Shown piece after piece: positions 1 through 9,770 of a stretch of DNA of 64,000 nt; positions within the stretch are counted from its first letter, which is position 1, and each line of letters begins with the position of its first letter. Location: contig JAEHCQ010000002.1 in the NCBI GenBank assembly GCA_020696385.1, positions 224,001 through 288,000 of the forward strand, given 5' to 3'. The position numbers and the translations under genes were made by a program. The DNA is from Methanobacteriota archaeon (GTDB lineage: Archaea; Thermoplasmatota; Thermoplasmata; SG8-5; JAGLSY01). The notes beneath the pieces are model-generated. The model was not told the DNA's origin, made no database searches, and saw nothing but the letters and a program-made list of their open reading frames with translations.

Positions 1-1
1 A

Positions 2-547
2 CTGGCCACCATGGAAGAGATCTTTGACGGAACCATCGATATTTCGGACATCGATGGGCAACTGGAAATTGGAATTCTTGGATTGAAGGACTCGCATTTC
101 GACACGCAGTACAGACCTTTGCTCAAGATGAGAAGTGGAATGTCGATAGATATCACTGGGAAGGTCAACAGGATGGAGGATCTGGCCTCCGCATCCATGG
201 GAGGAGGTGTCTCGGATGACGTGGTCAAATCCATAAATGCGGAATTGAACACAGTGCATAAGGACAGGGAGAAACTGGAAAAGAAGGCGCTTGAATTGGA
301 AGAGAAAGAAAAAGAATTCAAGGACAGGATCGAAATGCTTCAATTCAAGATATCACAGCTTGAGGATGATAAGATGATGAGAGATCAGGGCCATGATGAA
401 CTTGCCAGGATCTTCACGATACTGGATGATATGCTGGATGATCTTCCGGACAAGACGATTGAAGAATTTGCGAAAAGTGATAAGTTCAAGCTTTACAATA
501 AAGTGCTCGATAAATACCTGGGTGATGAAGATGATGGATCCGATTGA
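2..547 (+). CDS. Hypothetical coiled-coil protein, probably 5'-truncated by the window edge
   Basis: The frame is open upstream of ATG 11. The C-terminal half is charged and heptad-like. The stop overlaps the start of the next gene. Confidence 0.6.
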   Translation: MATMEEIFDGTIDISDIDGQLEIGILGLKDSHFDTQYRPLLKMRSGMSIDITGKVNRMEDLASASMGGGVSDDVVKSINAELNTVHKDREKLEKKALELEEKEKEFKDRIEMLQFKISQLEDDKMMRDQGHDELARIFTILDDMLDDLPDKTIEEFAKSDKFKLYNKVLDKYLGDEDDGSD

Positions 548-2021
548 ATCAAAAGTTCTTGACATAAATTCAGAGGCTTATGGAATAAGAACTGACCAGC
601 TTATGACCAATGCTGGAAATGCACTGGCTGATGAAATAAATATGAGATATCCTGGCGGGAAGATCTCCATTATTTGTGGAACAGGCAACAATGGGGGCGA
701 TGGTTTTGTCGCGGCCAGAAAACTGCACGAGCTCGGTAGAGATGTGATCGTCCTTCTTGTGAAAGGAAAGGATGATGTGCGTGGAGAAGTGGCCAGGTAC
801 ATGCTCCAGCAAATAGAGGGGAAGATACAGATAATGGAAAATGCCAGGCCAGAGGATATTGGAGAGGCTGAAATAATATTGGATAGTAATCCAAATATAA
901 TTTCGGATAGTGATCCAGGGGTAATCCTGGATAGTATGCTGGGCACTGGAATGAAAGGGAACATCAGGGAGCCTTTCAGAGCCTGGATAGAGGCCATCAA
1001 TGCAAGTTCCAAGATAATTATTTCAACCGATATTCCAAGTGGTCTTGGAGCTGACATATGCGTCAAGCCTGCCATGACCATCACCTTCCATGATGTGAAG
1101 GATGGAATGGATGCGGTTAATTCCGGAGAGATCATTATCATAGATATTGGGATCCCAAAGGAGGCTGTTGATATCATTGGACTGGGGGAGTTCGAGTATT
1201 ACCCCAGACCTTCAACGGATTCCCACAAGGGAGAGAATGGAAGATTACTGATAATTGGAGGCGGACCGTACACTGGAGCTGCAGCTTTGGCTGGCCTGGC
1301 CGCGTACAGAGTGGGGGCGGATCTTGTGACCATCGCCACCCCGGAGAATTGTTTTGTTCCAATCGCATCTTACTCGCCAAATTTCATTGTAAGACCATTA
1401 TCGGGAAATATCATCCAGCCAGAACATGTGGAGGATCTTCTGGAAATGGCCGAGAATAAAGATGCTGTACTTATCGGTCCTGGCATCGGTAGAGATAATA
1501 GAACATTGATAGCGGTTCGGGAATTCCTGGCAAAAATACAGAAGCCAGTGGTGGTAGATGCTGATGCTCTAACTGCGATATCAGGACACCTTGACCTGTT
1601 TGAGAAGGTCAAGTCACATGGCGTACTGACACCACACGGCGGTGTATTAACACCGCACAGTGGTGAATTCCAGAAGCTTGTGGAGGATCTTGAGGATGCG
1701 TCGATTAAGAAGCTTGCTGATAAAGTGGGTTTAACGGTCATTCTGAAGGGGAAGACCGATCTGGTATCCGATGGTCGCATGACGAAGAAGAACCTCACAG
1801 GAAACCCCGCAATGACGGTTGGCGGGACAGGCGATGTGCTTGCAGGGCTTGTAGCCGGGCTCGTGGCAAAAGAGATAGACCCTTTTGCCGCGGCCAGGAT
1901 GGGTGTTTTCATATCGGGAGCGGCTGGCGACAATGCATTTGAAAAACTGGGCTATTCATTAACAGCAATTGATATCATTGAGGAAGTGCCGATGGTGCTG
2001 AAGACTTGCCTGAAGATGTGA
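531..2021 (+). CDS. nnr: Bifunctional NAD(P)H-hydrate epimerase/dehydratase (YjeF N + C)
   Basis: Motifs CGTGNNGGDG, DIPSG, HKGENG, GPYTGA, DADAL, TPHSGEF and GGTGDVLAG. Start moved to ATG 531/534 behind GGTGA. Confidence 0.95.
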   Translation: MMDPIESKVLDINSEAYGIRTDQLMTNAGNALADEINMRYPGGKISIICGTGNNGGDGFVAARKLHELGRDVIVLLVKGKDDVRGEVARYMLQQIEGKIQIMENARPEDIGEAEIILDSNPNIISDSDPGVILDSMLGTGMKGNIREPFRAWIEAINASSKIIISTDIPSGLGADICVKPAMTITFHDVKDGMDAVNSGEIIIIDIGIPKEAVDIIGLGEFEYYPRPSTDSHKGENGRLLIIGGGPYTGAAALAGLAAYRVGADLVTIATPENCFVPIASYSPNFIVRPLSGNIIQPEHVEDLLEMAENKDAVLIGPGIGRDNRTLIAVREFLAKIQKPVVVDADALTAISGHLDLFEKVKSHGVLTPHGGVLTPHSGEFQKLVEDLEDASIKKLADKVGLTVILKGKTDLVSDGRMTKKNLTGNPAMTVGGTGDVLAGLVAGLVAKEIDPFAAARMGVFISGAAGDNAFEKLGYSLTAIDIIEEVPMVLKTCLKM

Positions 2022-2081
2022 ATTAGGATATCAATAATTTAAGATCACATATACATGAATTATACTAGAAAATATGAAAGG

Positions 2082-2107
2082 AATGCCCCCGATATCTCAG
2101 GGGCATT
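2082..2107. terminator. Hairpin between convergent nnr and rpl11
   Basis: AATGCCCC...GGGGCATT inverted repeat. Confidence 0.5.
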
Positions 2108-2116
2108 ATTCCGCGA

Positions 2117-2593
2117 CTACTCAAAATGCTTATCGAACTTGCCACGTCTCATCTGGTCCTGGAATTGCTTGGGGTCAAGTCCTTCAACTTCCACACCCAT
2201 GGACACACATGTGCCAGCGACTTCCATAACCCTTTCTTTCAGAGTAGTGCCCAGCAAGGAATCCTGCTTCATCTCACCAACCCTCTTTATCTGGTCGATG
2301 GTCATACTCCCCACCTTGACGTTCGGCGCATTGCCGGATCCGCTGGCCAGCTTGAGTTCTTTTAGGACTAGCGCACTGGTCGGTGGTGTTCCCACAGATA
2401 TCTCATAAGCCTTGGTCTTTGGGTCGATCGTTAGCTTGACTGGCACCTTCATTCCCACGAAGGCCTTTGTCTTTTCATTTATAGCGCCGACGATCTCCAC
2501 AACATTTACTCCCAATGGGCCAAGTGCTGGTCCCAATGGTGGTCCTGGTGTGGCCTTTCCGCCGTCCACAAGTACTTCTATTTTTTCTGCCAT
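2117..2593 (-). CDS. rpl11: 50S ribosomal protein uL11
   Basis: GGKATPGPPLGPALGPLG, GMKVPV and GTCVSMGV. Confidence 0.98.
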   Translation of the reverse strand: MAEKIEVLVDGGKATPGPPLGPALGPLGVNVVEIVGAINEKTKAFVGMKVPVKLTIDPKTKAYEISVGTPPTSALVLKELKLASGSGNAPNVKVGSMTIDQIKRVGEMKQDSLLGTTLKERVMEVAGTCVSMGVEVEGLDPKQFQDQMRRGKFDKHFE

Positions 2594-2615
2594 TTGTTCA
2601 ACTCCTGAATTGTAA

Positions 2616-3527
2616 TTATCTATCCTTTTCTATCACCCGAACACTGTCACCCTTGACAGTCACTGGTATGGGCACGAGAGCCTCGAAAAGCTCCACTGTT
2701 ATTTCTTCCTTGCCCTCATCTATCATCTGAACTCTCGCCTTCTCACCCTTGAATGGTCCGGCAATGAGCTCCACTATGTCCCCTTCGACAATTCCTGATA
2801 CCAATGGTTTCGGTGTCAGATAATGCGTTATCTCGTCAAAGGTCATCTCACCTTCCACAACACCTCTGGCTCTCTTGATCCCGCGCACGGTCTCAGCCAA
2901 ACGATCTGTGTTCATTGCTTCGACAATGATGTATCCTCTCAAAGCATTGGGGCATAATATGGATTGCACTCCCAGGTCCTTACTTCTGGCAGACAGTGTA
3001 TCGGCCACAGTTCTTTCATGGCCTATCTGGGTCTTTATTGCCAGAACAGATTGCTGAGCTGTTGTTCTTAAGGTTATCGAATCTGATATCGCTCTATTGG
3101 TTAGGGATGTGGCAGTTACGACGACATTCATCGTATCTCCATATCTCGCACCTCGTGGTGAAGAAACGGCTAATACAAGCTCTATGGATTCGCCACCAGG
3201 CAATTTCAATTCCTTGCCTTTCAGGCTTCCCTTGATGACTTCCCAGGGCTTGCCGCCCTTCTGCCTCAAGGACACATGCCATTCTGCGGCATCTTCGCCA
3301 AGGCTTGTTGCCGCCAAAAGATCCGCAGATATTTCTATAGTATCTTTGCTGGAACCTTCATTCTTCAATAAAAAGCGATAATTGCTCTCTATTCCAGTGG
3401 TGATAGTTCTCCTATCCTCGCCAATTGTTATCAATGATACTGTTCTCTGAACATATGGCTCATGGGATGCCACGGCCTTATCATTGTCTTCCTCATTGTC
3501 CTTTTCAACACCATCTAATAATGACAT
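2616..3527 (-). CDS. spt5: Transcription elongation factor Spt5 (NGN+KOW) with a ~155-aa N-terminal extension
   Basis: LRGYIIVE NGN motif, GDIVELIAGPFKGEKARV KOW motif, and secE-spt5-rpl11 synteny. Confidence 0.93.
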   Translation of the reverse strand: MSLLDGVEKDNEEDNDKAVASHEPYVQRTVSLITIGEDRRTITTGIESNYRFLLKNEGSSKDTIEISADLLAATSLGEDAAEWHVSLRQKGGKPWEVIKGSLKGKELKLPGGESIELVLAVSSPRGARYGDTMNVVVTATSLTNRAISDSITLRTTAQQSVLAIKTQIGHERTVADTLSARSKDLGVQSILCPNALRGYIIVEAMNTDRLAETVRGIKRARGVVEGEMTFDEITHYLTPKPLVSGIVEGDIVELIAGPFKGEKARVQMIDEGKEEITVELFEALVPIPVTVKGDSVRVIEKDR

Positions 3528-3549
3528 AATATCACCTTAAACATAAATT

Positions 3550-3786
3550 TCAGAACAGGGCCCATCCAAGATGGATCGGAAGCCTGTACCATAGCCAGTA
3601 TATCAGGAATCCCAGGCCGCCCATAAGGATCAGGCCAAGGCTGGTTATCTGCAATATCTTCACGTATTCCTCTGTCTCTGGTTTTCTGGCCATCTTCAGA
3701 ACTCGGCCATACTTGCCCTTACCAAGATTTCTGGCTTTATCTTCGATCTTGTTTTGAACTTTCCATGATTCATCGACTATATCCAT
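3550..3786 (-). CDS. secE: Protein translocase SecE/Sec61-gamma
   Basis: YGRVLKMARKP..EEY followed by one TM helix with GGLGFLI. Confidence 0.95.
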   Translation of the reverse strand: MDIVDESWKVQNKIEDKARNLGKGKYGRVLKMARKPETEEYVKILQITSLGLILMGGLGFLIYWLWYRLPIHLGWALF

Positions 3787-3818
3787 TGTGTTCAGCTCCT
3801 TTGAGTTTTTGTATTTAC

Positions 3819-4931
3819 CTAGTTGATCAGGTCCAGACCTACCTTGCTGGTCTTGGCTCCTTCCTCGCGAGAGTACATCTGATTGGATTTAACACCAGTG
3901 ATGACCACCATTACGCGTATCTTTCCCTCTAATTCCGGATCCACGGCAGCTCCCCAGATGATCCGGGCATTACCGCTTATTCTGGATTGTACGATCTCGG
4001 CCACTTCTTCAGCTTCAGCAATGGACATGTCCGGGCCGCCAGTGACATTTACCAAGGCACCAGCCGCATCTGAGATATCCACGTCTATAAGTGGGGAATT
4101 GATCGCTTCATTGACAGCTTCTGATGCTCTGTCCTCGTCCTCGGCTTCACCGAGTCCGATCATGGCCACGCCTCCGCCACGCATGATGGTCTTGAGGTCA
4201 TTGAAGTCAAGATTGACCAAACCAGGTTTGGTCACAACTTCCGTTATGCCCTTGATGGATCTCATCAAAACCTCGTCCGCAACCTTGAAAGCTGCTGTAA
4301 CTGACAAGCGTGGAACAAGATCCAGTAGCTTGTCATTTGGTATGACTATGACCGTGTCTGCCACGTCCCTTAGCCTTTCCAAACCATAATTCGCATTCTC
4401 TTGTCTGATATTGCCCTCTGCTTTGAAGGGGGCTGTGCAAATAGCAATGGCAAGTGCTCCCATTTCCTTCGCCATCTGAGCAACGACCGGTGCAGAGCCA
4501 GTGCCTGTACCACCGCCAAGACCGCATGTGACAAATACAATATCTGCTCCTGTCAGGGCTGCTTTGATCTCTTCTTCAGCTTCCCTTGCAGCCTCTTCTC
4601 CAACCTGTGGAAGTGCTCCAGCGCCAAGTCCTCTTGTAGCTCTTCTACCAAGGAGGATCTTGTGTGGAACATGCACTGTCAGGAGATGCTGGGCATCCGT
4701 GTTCAATGCATAGAGCTCCGCGCCCATTATTCCAGAATCGACAAGCCTATCGACGGTATTGCTACCGCCACCACCGCAACCAAATATCTTGATATTGGTC
4801 TTCAAACCTGCCAGTATTCTCTCTAATTCTTCGTCCTGCGCACTAAGGCCTCCAACTTTGGCAGTTGGGGATTCTTGTGGCATGGTCTCTGATGTGGACC
4901 GGGATAATACCTCTTTTACAATAGAGCTCAT
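3819..4931 (-). CDS. ftsZ: Cell division GTPase FtsZ (FtsZ1 context)
   Basis: [24 protein letters not shown] and NLDFND; upstream of secE. Confidence 0.98.
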   Translation of the reverse strand: MSSIVKEVLSRSTSETMPQESPTAKVGGLSAQDEELERILAGLKTNIKIFGCGGGGSNTVDRLVDSGIMGAELYALNTDAQHLLTVHVPHKILLGRRATRGLGAGALPQVGEEAAREAEEEIKAALTGADIVFVTCGLGGGTGTGSAPVVAQMAKEMGALAIAICTAPFKAEGNIRQENANYGLERLRDVADTVIVIPNDKLLDLVPRLSVTAAFKVADEVLMRSIKGITEVVTKPGLVNLDFNDLKTIMRGGGVAMIGLGEAEDEDRASEAVNEAINSPLIDVDISDAAGALVNVTGGPDMSIAEAEEVAEIVQSRISGNARIIWGAAVDPELEGKIRVMVVITGVKSNQMYSREEGAKTSKVGLDLIN

Positions 4932-5110
4932 ATGTACACCTACCGTATTGATTTACGATGTTAGCATGACATGAATGATGATATATTAAAACATCGGTAA
5001 TGCCTTACCAACTATCACCCTTAATTAATTTAGCTATATAAAAGGTTTCGTTTGATGGGATACTGATATATCAATGATATCGAGGTGTGGATTGAGCCTG
5101 GAAATCCTCA

Positions 5111-6433
5111 TTAGTCGGATTCCGGTAAAGAGAATGATGTTCGCATTCTCTTCAACGGCATCGCCAGATGTCTAAGGGCGCTGGTCGTAGGCTCGTACCA
5201 TTTCTCTTCCAGATCTCTGATCTCTTCTGTGAACTCCGCATCCTGCTCCTTCGCCTTCTTACCACACTTGGCGCATCTGTAACCTTGACCACGACCGATG
5301 GACTTCATGGCCTTGGAGCAGTTCTGGCATATGGGATTGGATGTCTTTATCCTGTGAGGTGCTAAAGAATCCACATGGATCTTCTCCACATTGATGGTGA
5401 ATGGCTCTTCCCGCACACCACCGAGAACTGTCAGTACATCGCCCACCCTCAATTTCATGCCAATATCCCTGAACTTTTTGGCTGGCTCGTATATGGTGCA
5501 ATCCACCTCCTTGCCTCGTGAGGATATGCCGAATACCAGATGTCCGCCACCTATCATGACTGGGTGTTTTGACACCATTCCCGTCGTCATAACGGAAGAA
5601 TATGGCTCCAGACCTCCCAGGGGTTTGGGAACAATGTGGTCGTCCGTGCCCTGATTGCTCAGATACAATAGCCAACGGTCTGGCCTCTCGGATTTGATAA
5701 TGTCCATGGCCTTTGGGAGAATGGGTTCGCTGTCTCCCCTGATCCCAAATAGAATTGGACATGGAGAGTTGGGGGCGATAATCATGTGCTTTTCCTCATA
5801 GTCATAATTATTGAAGGTGGAATAGAATTTCTTGTCCATGGCGATGACACTGGCCTCGTCGATCTCCCTCTTTGTCCCCCACCTTTCCTTCTCACGGTAG
5901 GCGATTAGCTCGTATGTGCGATCCCGGGGCTTCCACGCAGTTGCCGCGGTCGCGCCTATCAGTCCGCGACCGTTCTTGTATCCACGTTTGAACTTGGGCT
6001 CGGTGATTATCCACAAGCCCTCCTGTGTCACGATATTTCGAACCGCTTGCCAGTATATCCTTTCCGAGGGTTTGGTATCGTACATCACGATACCAGGATT
6101 TGTCTTCTCATCCTCGAACATGGACAGTTCTTTCACCACCGCGCACGCCCTCTCGAAATCTTCTTCTGTCGAAGGAGTGGAGGCACCGTAATAATAGCCC
6201 CAGATATCCTTACCGTCAATATTACCGACGATCTTTTTCTCACCCTGGCCCTTGCCAAAAAGTATGGAGACCGCGGCATTACCCCGGGTCTTCCACGGAA
6301 CATTCGGGTTCAGTCGTACAAGTCGAGGATTTCCAATTATATCGTATTCACTGAACTCCCTGATCAATTCAGTGGCCAGGTACGTGGTGCACATCCCGCT
6401 TGTGGAATCAGTGTCGTCTACCCCGATGTAAAT
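5111..6433 (-). CDS. tiaS: tRNA(Ile2) agmatinylcytidine synthase, probable ATT start
   Basis: YIGVDDTDS..GMCTTY, RLNPNVPWKTRGN, NQGTD, OB fold and C-terminal CxxC..CxxC. An in-frame TGA at 6443-6445 bounds the start. Confidence 0.93.
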   Translation of the reverse strand: MYIGVDDTDSTSGMCTTYLATELIREFSEYDIIGNPRLVRLNPNVPWKTRGNAAVSILFGKGQGEKKIVGNIDGKDIWGYYYGASTPSTEEDFERACAVVKELSMFEDEKTNPGIVMYDTKPSERIYWQAVRNIVTQEGLWIITEPKFKRGYKNGRGLIGATAATAWKPRDRTYELIAYREKERWGTKREIDEASVIAMDKKFYSTFNNYDYEEKHMIIAPNSPCPILFGIRGDSEPILPKAMDIIKSERPDRWLLYLSNQGTDDHIVPKPLGGLEPYSSVMTTGMVSKHPVMIGGGHLVFGISSRGKEVDCTIYEPAKKFRDIGMKLRVGDVLTVLGGVREEPFTINVEKIHVDSLAPHRIKTSNPICQNCSKAMKSIGRGQGYRCAKCGKKAKEQDAEFTEEIRDLEEKWYEPTTSALRHLAMPLKRMRTSFSLPESD

Positions 6434-6504
6434 GATACTACCTCATCAATAGGAATGTGATGGGAGTCATATAATTTTGCATTCCAAATGGTAGTTGACT
6501 TAGC

Positions 6505-6521
6505 AATAAAGCTTTTATAGA
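6505..6521 (+). promoter_or_regulatory. Putative BRE/TATA of the thermosome gene
   Basis: A-rich run followed by TTTTATAG about 110 nt upstream of the ATG. Confidence 0.45.
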
Positions 6522-6567
6522 AGTTCAAACTCTTGGGGGAGTCCAAATTCCCATATGGGGAGGTAAA

Positions 6568-6623
6568 TTGAAAGCGAGAGCGTGGCGATTGCTTTCAAAT
6601 TTCCGTAATGAAATGGAGGAAAT
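6568..6623 (+). promoter_or_regulatory. Structured leader shared with the NAC gene; second hairpin overlaps the SD
   Basis: TTGAAAGC-N15-GCTTTCAA, then ATTTCC...GGAGGAAAT; near-copy at 18105-18211. Confidence 0.6.
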
Positions 6624-6627
6624 CAAT

Positions 6628-8277
6628 ATGCAAGGACAACAACCAATTATAGTATTAAGAGAAGGAGCGAAGGACATGAAGGGCAGGGGCGCCCAGCTCA
6701 ACAACATAGCGGCAGCAAAAGCTGTAGCTGAGGCAGTGCGCTCGACCTTGGGTCCAAAAGGAATGGACAAGATGCTTGTCGATGGAATGGGAGATGTCGT
6801 CATCACAAATGATGGAGCCACCATCCTGAAGGAGATCGACATCGAGCACCCGGCCGCCAAGATGGTCGTCGAGGTTGCCAAGACCCAGGACAATGAGTGC
6901 GGGGATGGAACAACATCCGCAGTCGTACTGGCTGGCGAATTACTGAAGAAAGCTGAAGATCTTATCGAACACAATGTGCACCCGACAGTCATAGCAAATG
7001 GATACAGACTGGCTTCTATCGAGGCCATCAACATCCTGAACAAACTGGGTATCAAGGTCAGCCCAACAGATGGGAAGGCCCTGAAGAGTGTGGCTATGAC
7101 CGCGATGACCGGAAAGAGCATTGGAACCGAAAAGGTCTATCTCGCAGACATAACTGTCAAGGCAGTGAAGGCAGTTGCCCAGAAGTCTGGATCAAAATAC
7201 GTTGTCGACATCGACAATATAAAGATCGAGAAGAAGACTGGTGGAAATGTCAGTGATTCAGAGCTCATCGAGGGTATCATACTGGACAAGGAAAAGGTCC
7301 ACCCAAGGATGCCAAGCTCTGTTAAGAACGCGAAGATCGCACTCATCGATTCCGCTCTCGAGATCAAGAAGACCGAAGTGGATGCTAAGATCCAGATCAC
7401 AGACCCAACACAATTGCAGGCTTTCCTGGATGAGGAAGAGAAGACACTTAAGAAGAAAGTGGACCTCATCAAGAAATCAGGCGCAAATGTCGTCTTCTGC
7501 CAGAAGGGCGTGGACGATCTGGTCCAGCACTACCTGGCCAAGGAGAACATCTTCACCATACGCAGGATAAAGAAATCCGACATGGAAAAACTTTCCATGG
7601 CGACTGGTGGTCACGTCGTCACCAACCTCGAGGACATCAAGAAGTCCGACCTCGGAATTGCCGGCATGGTGGAAGAGAGGAAGGTCGCTGACAGTGACAT
7701 GACATTCGTCACTGGCTGCAAGGATGCAAAATCTGTATCCATACTCATCCGCGGAGCAACAGAACACGTCATCGATGAGAGTGACAGGGCTCTGCACGAT
7801 GCTTTGAAAGTAGTGGCAGTCGCAGTCGAAGATGGAATGGTCATACCAGGCGGTGGATCAGCCGAGATCGAATTATCAATGGGCTTGACAAAGTTCGGAA
7901 CCAAGATCGGTGGCAGGGAACAGCTGGCCATAGAGGCTTATGCAAAGGCCACAGAGATCATCCCATGGACATTGGCAGAGAACGCTGGTCTGGATTCTAT
8001 CGACATCCTCATCAAACTGAGAAGCGAACATGAAGGAAAGAAGATGAAGACAGCCGGTATCAATGTGGATAATGGTAAAGTGGTTGATATGAAGAAGCTC
8101 AATATCATCGAGCCACTCAGGGTCAAGACCCAGGCAATAGAGTCAGCTACCGAAGTGGCAAATATGATCCTCAGGATAGATGACGTCATAGCCGGTAAGA
8201 AGATGGCTGGCGGCCCACCAGGCGGCGCAGGTGGCATGCCTCCAGGAATGGGCGGCATGGGCGGAATGGACTTCTGA
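6628..8277 (+). CDS. ths: Thermosome (group II chaperonin) subunit
   Basis: [18 protein letters not shown] and GGM tail; GGAGG SD before ATG 6628. Confidence 0.98.
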   Translation: MQGQQPIIVLREGAKDMKGRGAQLNNIAAAKAVAEAVRSTLGPKGMDKMLVDGMGDVVITNDGATILKEIDIEHPAAKMVVEVAKTQDNECGDGTTSAVVLAGELLKKAEDLIEHNVHPTVIANGYRLASIEAINILNKLGIKVSPTDGKALKSVAMTAMTGKSIGTEKVYLADITVKAVKAVAQKSGSKYVVDIDNIKIEKKTGGNVSDSELIEGIILDKEKVHPRMPSSVKNAKIALIDSALEIKKTEVDAKIQITDPTQLQAFLDEEEKTLKKKVDLIKKSGANVVFCQKGVDDLVQHYLAKENIFTIRRIKKSDMEKLSMATGGHVVTNLEDIKKSDLGIAGMVEERKVADSDMTFVTGCKDAKSVSILIRGATEHVIDESDRALHDALKVVAVAVEDGMVIPGGGSAEIELSMGLTKFGTKIGGREQLAIEAYAKATEIIPWTLAENAGLDSIDILIKLRSEHEGKKMKTAGINVDNGKVVDMKKLNIIEPLRVKTQAIESATEVANMILRIDDVIAGKKMAGGPPGGAGGMPPGMGGMGGMDF

Positions 8278-8332
8278 GTTCGTTCGAACTCCTGAGTTCA
8301 TACCTCACATACCAACCATCAAAAATGAGAAT

Positions 8333-8360
8333 AAAACCCCGCTGAAAAATGCGGGGTTTT
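8333..8360 (+). terminator. Hairpin terminator after the thermosome gene
   Basis: AAAACCCCGC-N8-GCGGGGTTTT. Confidence 0.7.
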
Positions 8361-8444
8361 CCCCTTTACCTTCTGATTTTATCGATAATATGGGCTTTGG
8401 GAAATCCCAAATAAGTAATATATATCGACCAGCCATTCTGTTGT

Positions 8445-9245
8445 TTGATGGTGGAAGCTGGTTGTGGAGTGCCAAAAGGTGTTATCCAGGGACTCACTGA
8501 GGATAAGATAAAAGAGATCATTCTACGACAAGGATTGAAAAAGGATGAAGTTAAGATAACCAAAATATCTGCATTGAAGATTATCGGGAATGTGGGATTC
8601 ACTGGATCAGAGCAGCGTTTGAATGAAAAAGATGAGAAAAAATCTGTGACAAAATCAAAGACAGATAAGTCAAAAAAAAGCTCCCCTGCATCTGATGCCA
8701 TTGATGTCCTTGCCAATCTACCATGGGATATTATCTTTCTGGATGCGGAATTCTTATTGATCATCGGTGTGGCAATATTGATCATCATTCTCCTTTTGTT
8801 CCTGTGGGTTTTCATCGCCATACCTTTATTATTACTTCTTCTGAGCATTCTATCAATGGGCGATGCTTGGAAGATGCTCAGGGTCTTTATCATAGAGTTC
8901 AAGCCGGACACTGATGTCGATCTGGATAGAATGATCCGTAATGTTCATTCACAGGGCGGCATGGTTTCAAGTAATTGGAGAGACTGGGTATCAAATAAGG
9001 GGCTTAAGATCAGAGCGGATATAATTAGAAAGAACTACATCTGGTTCATGAAGAGCGTGACCATAACATCCTACAGCTTATTTGGCCTATCTTTGTTGAT
9101 ATCCATTGAGCATCTGTTCAGTATCTTTGGTGCAGACATCATGAAAACAATCTGGCTGGTCTTTGGTTGCTTGGCCTTAGGTGGATTTGGCTTTTCAGTG
9201 TTTACACTTATTCAAAGACGCGCTGTCCGAGGAACTGCTCATTGA
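8445..9245 (+). CDS. Hypothetical membrane protein
   Basis: 266-aa ORF with a long central hydrophobic segment and two C-terminal TM helices. Confidence 0.6.
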   Translation: MMVEAGCGVPKGVIQGLTEDKIKEIILRQGLKKDEVKITKISALKIIGNVGFTGSEQRLNEKDEKKSVTKSKTDKSKKSSPASDAIDVLANLPWDIIFLDAEFLLIIGVAILIIILLLFLWVFIAIPLLLLLLSILSMGDAWKMLRVFIIEFKPDTDVDLDRMIRNVHSQGGMVSSNWRDWVSNKGLKIRADIIRKNYIWFMKSVTITSYSLFGLSLLISIEHLFSIFGADIMKTIWLVFGCLALGGFGFSVFTLIQRRAVRGTAH

Positions 9246-9423
9246 TGAATAAGACAAGGCTTCTTTGGCCATCATTCAGGATATCTGTATGGTCTGGATA
9301 TGATACTCATTCTGCCTCACTCTCTCAAGATAGAAAGGCATTGTCATTGATAAAATATATGAATGAAAAGTGGGGATCTGATATCAAATCCCCATTAGCG
9401 TCATTATTCACCAGACCGTGTGA

Positions 9424-9750
9424 TCAGTCTTCAACAGAACCTTTTGCCTTGGCCTGTTTGATAGTGCCAGATGTCACAATGGTCTCGATCTTCACCTGTA
9501 GGTTATCATCGCCCAACTCGGTCACCGAAGTGAGAAGCTCTATCGCGATGTCCTTGTCCACATGCGCACATCTAAGAACACCTCGATTGTCCTTGTAAGT
9601 GGTCAACCAAGGGCGGGCAAGGCCTTCTCCGGCCATGCCCATCTTCTCAGCCCTTCGCTGCAATGCCCCGATCAATTCCCATCTTTGGATATTCCTGGGT
9701 GCATCTATCTTGAATGCGACATATCTTTTTCTGTATTCCCTGACAGGCAT
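9424..9750 (-). CDS. pop5: RNase P protein subunit Pop5/Rpp14
   Basis: RKRYVAF, GVLRCAH and TSGTIK. Confidence 0.85.
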   Translation of the reverse strand: MPVREYRKRYVAFKIDAPRNIQRWELIGALQRRAEKMGMAGEGLARPWLTTYKDNRGVLRCAHVDKDIAIELLTSVTELGDDNLQVKIETIVTSGTIKQAKAKGSVED

Positions 9751-9770
9751 ATTTGATCCACCATCGATGG

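Noticed and set aside
393-530. N-terminal extension of Nnr from ATG 393
   Set aside because: It overlaps the upstream gene; homology and the SD point to a start at 531/534.
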